In this document: positions 27,301 through 34,800 of the stretch, piece after piece
Layout: each line of letters starts with the position of its first letter
Numbering within the stretch: position 1 is the stretch's first letter
Assembly (NCBI GenBank): GCA_044892525.1
Contig: CM097887.1
Location: 70,742,001-70,806,000 of the forward strand
Reading direction: 5' to 3'
DNA from: Schmidtea polychroa
Lineage: Eukaryota
Length of the DNA: 64,000 bases
Program-made: the position numbers and the translations under genes
Notes under the pieces: model-generated
Told to the model about the DNA's origin: nothing
Seen by the model: the letters and a program-made list of their open reading frames with translations, nothing else
Databases searched by the model: none

Positions 27301-28540
27301 AGATAAAAATGCAGTGATTAAAGATCTTCAAGCCCAGATCGGTCGATATAAACGAAAAATCGACGAACTGGAAGGGACATGGTTTAGTCCCGCTCGGATG
27401 AAGGAGATCCAAAAGAAGCTCGATCGTAGCGAGCATTGCCGGGACGCGCTAATATCTGAGAGCCGTGCCCAAAGAAGTCTAATCAGAGAACAATCCGAGG
27501 CACTGCATAAGGTTTACGTGCAGGCGGCTACAACCCGAAAAATAGTGCAGATTCCCATCCGAGAGGCCGATGACATCTTTCCGCCTCATCACAACCTTTC
27601 CTCGAATCCATCTCCACCGTTCAAGAGACCGTGCCAAGACTGCGTCGAAAACGAATTGTCCCCCAAGCGACCAGATGTTGTCGTCACGGGTACCAGTAAG
27701 CCCCCCACTGCTAGTCCATCTGTATCAGTCACCCCTCTGCAAGTGGCATCTTCAAGCAAACCCAAGCGCAAACAACTCTCTCGTGCAGAGCGCAAGAAGA
27801 GACAGCGCGAACGCGCCACTACCAAGCCAAACATCCCATCAATAGAGGACTCAACCAACGGTGGCAACTCTCACGTGTCCATCGACCTAACAACGGGACC
27901 CTCAGCACGAATCATATCAGCCGCTGGCGTAACGTGGGAAGAGAACGCTTCCGAGTTTTTTAACCTCGACGAATTATTCGCCGACGCTGAATGGGAGAAA
28001 CAATAGAACCCCAGTGGCGGTCAGGACGAAGAACAAGGATCCGATCTATGTTGATTATGATGTTTTCTCTTCTTTCGACAAACATTAGTAAAGTGTACAG
28101 CTGAATCCCTGTGTCATAACGTTGAAATTAATAAATCTTGTTGTCTTACACGTTTTCGTTCATGAATAATTAGACTTTAATTAAGTGGGTTGAGTAGAGA
28201 ACCCGCCAGATCTAGTGAGAAATTCCCAATTTGTATTCAGCGAATCCTGATAAGTGGTTGTGTAAGGAAAAGGACGTAAGCCCTTCTAACGGCAGTCGTG
28301 AATGGGAAGTCGAGGCCTCAGCAAGGAGTAGTTTTAAGGCAGAAGCTCACCTGCTTGCTGGCGTCTCGCCTGCATAGTGCAGTACCAACGTGAAGTGATT
28401 CACGGGCACTATGTTGGAAGAAAGTTATGTGGGGTTTCACTCCAGGTTGACAAATCGGTGGCACCTTTTATTCGAGATGGACAATCAACCCTTAGACCCG
28501 TCAACATGGTAGAGTGGTCAGCCGAGGTGCAACCCCAACA
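24382..28540 (+). repeat. 5' LTR (4,159 bp)
   Basis: Starts TGTTGGG and ends CCCAACA (7-bp terminal inverted repeat). Matches 50767-54925 wherever compared. Confidence 0.96.
27254..28006 (+). CDS. LTR-encoded 250-aa protein of unknown function (5' copy)
   Basis: Intact ORF, identical in both LTRs. CxxC plus coiled coil, basic tract KPKRKQLSRAERKKRQRER, and acidic-aromatic C-terminus. A homolog exists at 19678. Confidence 0.75.
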   Translation: MLSNHKSALRPCFSCSDKNAVIKDLQAQIGRYKRKIDELEGTWFSPARMKEIQKKLDRSEHCRDALISESRAQRSLIREQSEALHKVYVQAATTRKIVQIPIREADDIFPPHHNLSSNPSPPFKRPCQDCVENELSPKRPDVVVTGTSKPPTASPSVSVTPLQVASSSKPKRKQLSRAERKKRQRERATTKPNIPSIEDSTNGGNSHVSIDLTTGPSARIISAAGVTWEENASEFFNLDELFADAEWEKQ

Positions 28541-28547
28541 TGATTTT

Positions 28548-28565
28548 TGGGGGCTCAGCCGGGAT
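28548..28565 (+). promoter_or_regulatory. Primer binding site, tRNA-Pro type
   Basis: TGGGGGCTCAGCCGGGAT matches the MLV tRNA-Pro PBS TGGGGGCTCGTCCGGGAT at 16/18 positions. It lies 7 nt after the LTR end. Confidence 0.85.
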
Positions 28566-28882
28566 CTACAATCGATCGAAATTTCTATTAACGAATGCGA
28601 AATTCACCGGGATTTTCATACAAAATTAAAGGGATTTATCACATCGATTTTCTGTTTTCAACCGACCATTGCTTGACGAATGCAAATTGACTATTGATTA
28701 TTAAATTATATTAGGAACTAAGTAGAGAAAATCAAAATGTAGATAATAGGAAAATTGAGGATATATATAAATAAAGGAGATAAAGTAGTCAAATTAAATA
28801 ATTAACAATGGTTAAAGAAACCAATTAACGAATTAACTATTAATTTACTACATATTATTAAAACATTACTTTTCCAACAGCT

Positions 28883-29368
28883 ATGACAGAATTCGCGAAC
28901 CAAATGCAACAACTGCTCAAGTTTATCGATATAGAAAACGACTCCCTAACAACACTGACGCATAAAAGAGAAAAAATCAACGCGATATTACTACAAGCAA
29001 TCGGACAAACACCAGTCGTACCTAATCATATGATATTAGCCACAGGCCTAAGTCGCCCAGATGGAAAAATAAACCCCGAAACCGTATATCAGTGGTATCA
29101 AGAGAGATTGAACCACCCAACATTAAATCTAGATTATCAGCGTCTAAAAGACTCACTAAATACAATACCAGATGCAATCGAACAAAAAATACAGGAAAAA
29201 GTTAACCAATTACGAACTTGTATAGCCTGCAAACTCCGTCCTATTCGCGTATTATTCTTGCCGTGTGGACACCTCAGTCACTGTGAAGAGTGTGTAAAAG
29301 ACCTAAAAAGATGCACGATGTGCAAATATGAAATAAAAGAGACCCATATGGTCTATTATGGCGAATGA
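28883..29368 (+). CDS. 161-aa protein with C-terminal C3HC4 RING of IAP/MDM2 type (putative E3 ligase)
   Basis: CIACKLRPIRVLFLPCGHLSHCEECVKDLKRCTMC. Acceptor TTTTCCAACAG lies 2 nt before the ATG. A decayed homolog lies at 21286-22445. Confidence 0.88.
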   Translation: MTEFANQMQQLLKFIDIENDSLTTLTHKREKINAILLQAIGQTPVVPNHMILATGLSRPDGKINPETVYQWYQERLNHPTLNLDYQRLKDSLNTIPDAIEQKIQEKVNQLRTCIACKLRPIRVLFLPCGHLSHCEECVKDLKRCTMCKYEIKETHMVYYGE

Positions 29369-29959
29369 AACGGCCGGCGATGTAACAGCAAGTATACGAT
29401 GTTTGAACAAGAATGCATGAAATTGTTGAGGTAACACGTACTGTTAATGATTCAATCTTTATGTTTATGATAAATAAATTCGTCTTTAAAAAGTTTTGAT
29501 GATTAGGACTAATAAAATTTGCATGACGAATGAATATTTGCGTGTTTGTTTTGTTTTATTTTTTTTTCGGAATCAAATGAAGAGAGGGTTGAATAACGTG
29601 GAATTAGTCCCAATATAGACTGCAGGGGTACAAACCGAGCCACCTTCGGGCGGTACGTCTTATTGTAAGAACCCGTTGGGAGGGGATAACTGATCAACCC
29701 AAGTAAGAAGCGTAGGGCGGGGTACCATCGCATATGATGAGAAGTTTTTGCGACATGACTGATCACCATGCAAATGTAGAAATGGATCATCGCGATCGTC
29801 GTGCGTTTTGAGCAAGGGGGGAAAGGGGAAACACTCCCAAGCGGTAAAGATTAAGTCGACAAATTAAAAGTAGATAGAGAAAATGGTAAACTAGAGTAAA
29901 AGAAGAAAAGAGAAATAGAAGCATGCAGAGCGAGGAATATTAAAGCCGAGCTGTCGAAT

Positions 29960-30610
29960 AATCCAGCCGGTCAAGGAGGAAGATTGAGCTGTTGAATAGT
30001 GCCAGCCAGTCGTAAGGTCGAGTTGTGAAAAGTCCAACCGATCAGGAAGGAGGAAGATTGAGCTGTTGAATAGTGCCAGCCAGTCGTAAGGTCGAGTTGT
30101 GAAAAAGTCCAACCGATCAGGAAGGAGGAAGATTGAGCTGTTGAATAGTGCCAGCCAGTCGTAAGGTCGAGTTGTGAAAAGTCCAACCGATCAGGAAGGA
30201 GGAAGATTGAGCTGTTGAATAGTGCCAGCCAGTCGTAAGGTCGAGTTGTGAAAAGTCCAACCGATCAGGAAGGAGGAAGATTGAGCTGTTGAATAGTGCC
30301 AGCCAGTCGTAAGGTCGAGTTGTGAAAAAGTCCAACCGATCAGGAAGGAGGAAGATCGAGCTGTTGAATAGTGCCAGCCAGTCGTAAGGTCGAGTTGTGA
30401 AAAGTCCAACCGATCAGGAAGGAGGAAGACTGAGCTGTTGAATAGTGCCAGCCAGTCGTAAGGTCGAGTTCTGAAAAGTCCAACCGATCAGGAAGGAGGA
30501 AGATTGAGCTGTTGAATAGTGCCAGCCAGTCGTAAGATTGAGTTGTTGAATAGTCCAACCGATCAGAAGGAAGAAGATTGAGCTGTTGAATAGTGCCAGC
30601 CAGTCGTAAA
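29960..30610. repeat. Tandem array of about 9 copies of a 74-75 bp unit in the 5' leader
   Basis: Anchor AGTCCAACCGATCAG at 30031, 30106, 30180, 30254, 30329, 30403, 30477 and 30552, plus a degenerate first copy. Confidence 0.95.
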
Positions 30611-31865
30611 GGCCTAGAAAAGCGAGAGATAGCAGTTAAGCTACAATGAGATAATATTTAAATTACTAGTGATATGGAATATTAAAGCTAGCTAGAACAA
30701 ATTGAATGTAATTTTGAAAATTCGAGTTTAGAGAGGAAATAAACGAGCTCGTGGAAAAGAAAATAGGATTATAATGAAAAAGGAAAGGGAAGAAGGAAAC
30801 GAATTAAAGAGATAATAGAAAATAAAGAATAGATGAAACGATGATAATGAGTAAAGAGGAAAGTAACTAACTAACTAAAGGGATCCCAGTGAAGTAGAGA
30901 AACTCTACGGAATATTTTTTTTGGTTAAACCGGGAAAATGCATTTTATTGGTTCCAGAGTAGAACCGAGCGTAATAATAGTGAATATGAAAAGTAAAATA
31001 GCGATAACAGCGCAAAAGGATTAGGAAAATGAAAGGGGGGTAATAAGCAGAGACCGACAACGACCTATTTTTACTATAATTGATAACGAATAGATAATTA
31101 TTACGACTTTATAGATAATTGTTACTACCCCATATAGATAATTTAAAATCGACGGAAAATACGGGCTGATGGGATATTATAACCCGCAGAAAGGATTTCA
31201 CAAAAGATAGGGGAAGCACAAACAGAAACCTAAAAGGTGTCTGTTTTTGAACGTTGTAGAAAGAATGATGAAGTCGTGTAAGCAAATGCAACACGAGATC
31301 ATTTTTTCATTTTAGATATCAAGCCAATCCAGCCAACCAAGACAATCCAGAACCTGCACAAAAGGAATTCGAAGAAATCGACAATCAACCAAGGATAAAT
31401 CCATTCAGAACCCGCACCGAGAGACACAGCAACCGGAAGACTCCCGAACGGAAGAAGTATTAGCAGCCATCTGCCAAGGATTAGAAACACAATCAGAACC
31501 GAACGCGACCAATTCAATAGCCGCTAATTACCAAGAAGCGTAAGAAAGGAATCACGGATAAACCCAATCTTAGATCTTCAAGTAAGCCAGGAGACGTATT
31601 ATTTTCAGGAGACGAATTACAACAACTCAAAAGAGGACGATCCATTAAACATCAAAGAGGAATATCACAAGGATCCAGAAGAACCAATCAAGTACCCATA
31701 TTTGACCAAGAAAATCTCGGATATACCCCTAGTCGATCTCGAAGTAGAGAAAGTCTGTCCGATATCACTAATAGTTTAGCAACGTCAACCGAAGAATTAT
31801 CAGCCCAAAGTTTAGTCACATCGTTAGACAATTTAAAAGAAACAGACGAACCTAGAACACCAATC

Positions 31866-34800
31866 ATGACGAATGTCGTAAAAACCGACGAGTATAAAGA
31901 GAAGTTCAGAGGAGAACCGTTCAACGGAAATGCAAACAAGCTAGCAACGTTCATAACTAATTTTGAAGTTTATATCACTGTGTGTGGATGGACACCCGAA
32001 GCAATTAGTAAAAGGATGCCGTTGTTTTTGTGCGATAGTGCATTAGAGGTATATTTAGAAGCTAAAGAGAGAGACACGAAATTAGAAAAGTGGGAAGATA
32101 TTAAAACATTCCTGAAGAAAACCTTCGGAGCCAGTAAGCCAATCAACCAGGCGTTGGGCGAACTAGCAAATAGGAAACAAAGAGCAAACGAATCGATAAC
32201 ATTATATGCCAGTGAATTGCGGAGATTAGCGAAGAAAGCAATGAATGGAAAATTACCCGAAGAAAATCTGATCGGTTATTTCATAGAGGGATTACGCCGA
32301 GAAGAAGTAAGAGCCTCAGTAGGTTGTCAAATGTGCAAAACATTAGAGGAAGCCATAGATTGGGCTACAAGATGCGAGCTCCACCTTCCAGCTCAAATGA
32401 ATATTATGCAAGAGGAGGGAAGGATAGCGACAGCAATAGCGAAAGCGGATAACGGAGATAACAACAATCAAGAACCGAAAATGAATCAATTTATACCAGG
32501 AGCGCACCAAATTTTCAAACCACCACAAGGACGATCAAACGGGAATAATGGTAATCGTAACAACCCGAATAATGAGAACAATTTCAATAATCGGCGAAAT
32601 ATGAACGATAACAAGCAGTGCCGAACATGCGGTAAACCAGGACACTGGGACAGAGATTGTTATAGAAATTCAAATTGTAATCGTTGCGGACGGCGTGGAC
32701 ATACCGAAAATGTATGCCAATTGCGAGGCTGTTTTAACTGTGGTCAGCCAGGTCACATCTCCAGAGATTGCCGAGAAAGGGGCCAACAACAACGACCACC
32801 ACAGCGAAATAATAATTGTATAGCGAATCCGCAACGACAAAGTAACCCTAACGAAGGAAAACAAATGAACGTTATGCAGGAAATTTCGCAGATGAAACAG
32901 ATGATGCAACAAATGATGAGACCAAGACAAGAATCAGCACCACAACAAACCCAGAATATACGTATGATGAGGAGTACCGAAAATCTCAACAATTATGAAG
33001 TGCATCAACATGTACAAGAATGGCAAAGGCTACAGGCCGAGGAAGAGAGGATAAAACAAGAACGCAACCAACAACGACAAGAACAACCATTGCGAATAAA
33101 TATGATGAAGTTAGTAAAAGACATGAAGAGCCAGTATTGCTACAATTACGGGAAAAGCCCAAGGGTAGTACCCACGACTGAACCAGAAAAGGTAAAAGAA
33201 ATAACAACGGAAATGGAAACAGAGAATTCAACCACGATTTTAAAAGGAAACCAGAGAATTCAGAAAATATTCTGGAAAAAGATAAAGGATAAAATCGAAA
33301 AAGAACATAATAAAGCGAAAACCGAGACAGAAGATGAAAATAACAAGAGCAAGGAACAAACCAGTCAACTAAACCACCAAATGCTACAAGAATCAGAATC
33401 AGAAGAAACAACAATATTCGAAAGAAAGAAACTAAAGAGAGTACCAAGGATGAGAAACTTGCAAATCAATATGATGAAAAGGACAAAAGATGTAGCATCG
33501 TCAGACGAAGAAGAAGATTATGTAAGTAGTTTGGGTGGAGAAATACTACAGCCGAATGAAATAAGCGAACCCCCAAAAGGGGAAATCAAAGAGGAAGAAA
33601 GCGGAAACGAGATAACCAGTGAAAGTGAAAACGAAGATATCGAAATAAAGTTGAGAAAAGCAAGGGAGGAAGCGATAAAACAGGTAGCCGAAATACTCCC
33701 AGTAGTAGTGAGAAACCAAGAGTTCATCGACGTAATACCATTCAGGCGATTCGTGCAAAAAGTGATGAAATTGGAAAGAAACGAGAAAGATCTAATACCA
33801 AATGAGGAAAAATCAATTATAAAAAATTATATGGAAAAAATGAAGCAGGCCGATACCACGCGGTATGTAATAAAAATTGGAACGAGTAGAGGACTTGAAA
33901 GAATGTGGATAAAAAATACAGTCACCGACGAACTTTTCGATTGGATACGAGAGCATTTGGGAAGTTCGAGAAAGAAAGAATATCTGTATCAATACCAAGG
34001 AGAACAGATCAAACCAGATATGCACTTAGTAGATGCACTAATATGGCCAGGAGAAACGCAAATACTGAAGTTGCATAAAGAAAAACAACCAGCCAACCTT
34101 TACGATTGGGCTAAAGATGCCAAGGCAGAATATGATTTTAATATCAAATTGAAATTAGAACAAATAAAACAATGTACTCTGAGACGAAACCTGGATAAGC
34201 TGATCAAACAAATTCAAGAACAAGTAGAAGACAACTGGGATTTACTCATCACCAGACGAGCCCCAGCCATGTACGAACTAATGAGCCGGTTGCGAGATAC
34301 AGAAATGCTCCGAATGAGTGATTGGAGAACCATAAATTTGATCCACAAATATGGAAGGTTAAAAGAAACCCAGCCACAGAGGTTAGAAATAACCATATGG
34401 TTACCGAACGAAGAAAAACGACGAATAAAAATGAGCAATCAGAGTACAGTAGATGACTTGGTATCAAAAATAAACCAAGAGATAACGGAAAAGGTACGTA
34501 GCGAAAGTAGTGATGGTATGGTGGATGATGTAGTCATGATGTACGATAAGATAATATTACGAGCGGAGGACGACACCTCGTTAAGCGAAATGGGTATGTG
34601 GGACAATCACCAGATAATCAGGATAGTACCAATGGATGAATTTCGAACAAGAGATGTAACCTATCAAAAAGAAATACGAGACCGGATGAAAACGTTATAT
34701 CAAAAATCTACGGAAATAATTAAAATCCACCAACAATGGTTAAAAGAAAAAGAACTACAAGGAAAAATCACGAAATTAAGCACCAGATCCTGCAGACGAA

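Noticed and set aside
28377-28676. ORF MQYQREV... and its twin at 54762-55034
   Set aside because: It starts at GTG and runs across the LTR boundary into different sequence in each copy. It is useful only for locating the LTR end.
28270-29850. Known ribozyme classes (hammerhead, twister, pistol) or group II intron in the conserved blocks
   Set aside because: CTGATCA is not the CUGANGA core, and TAAGCCC lacks the other twister or pistol elements. No domain V hairpin was seen. The blocks are kept only as unclassified candidates.
29891-30558. Repeated minus-strand ORFs, and a possible CRISPR array
   Set aside because: Units are head-to-tail with no unique spacers, there are no cas genes, and the context is eukaryotic. 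The ORFs are by-products of the repeat.
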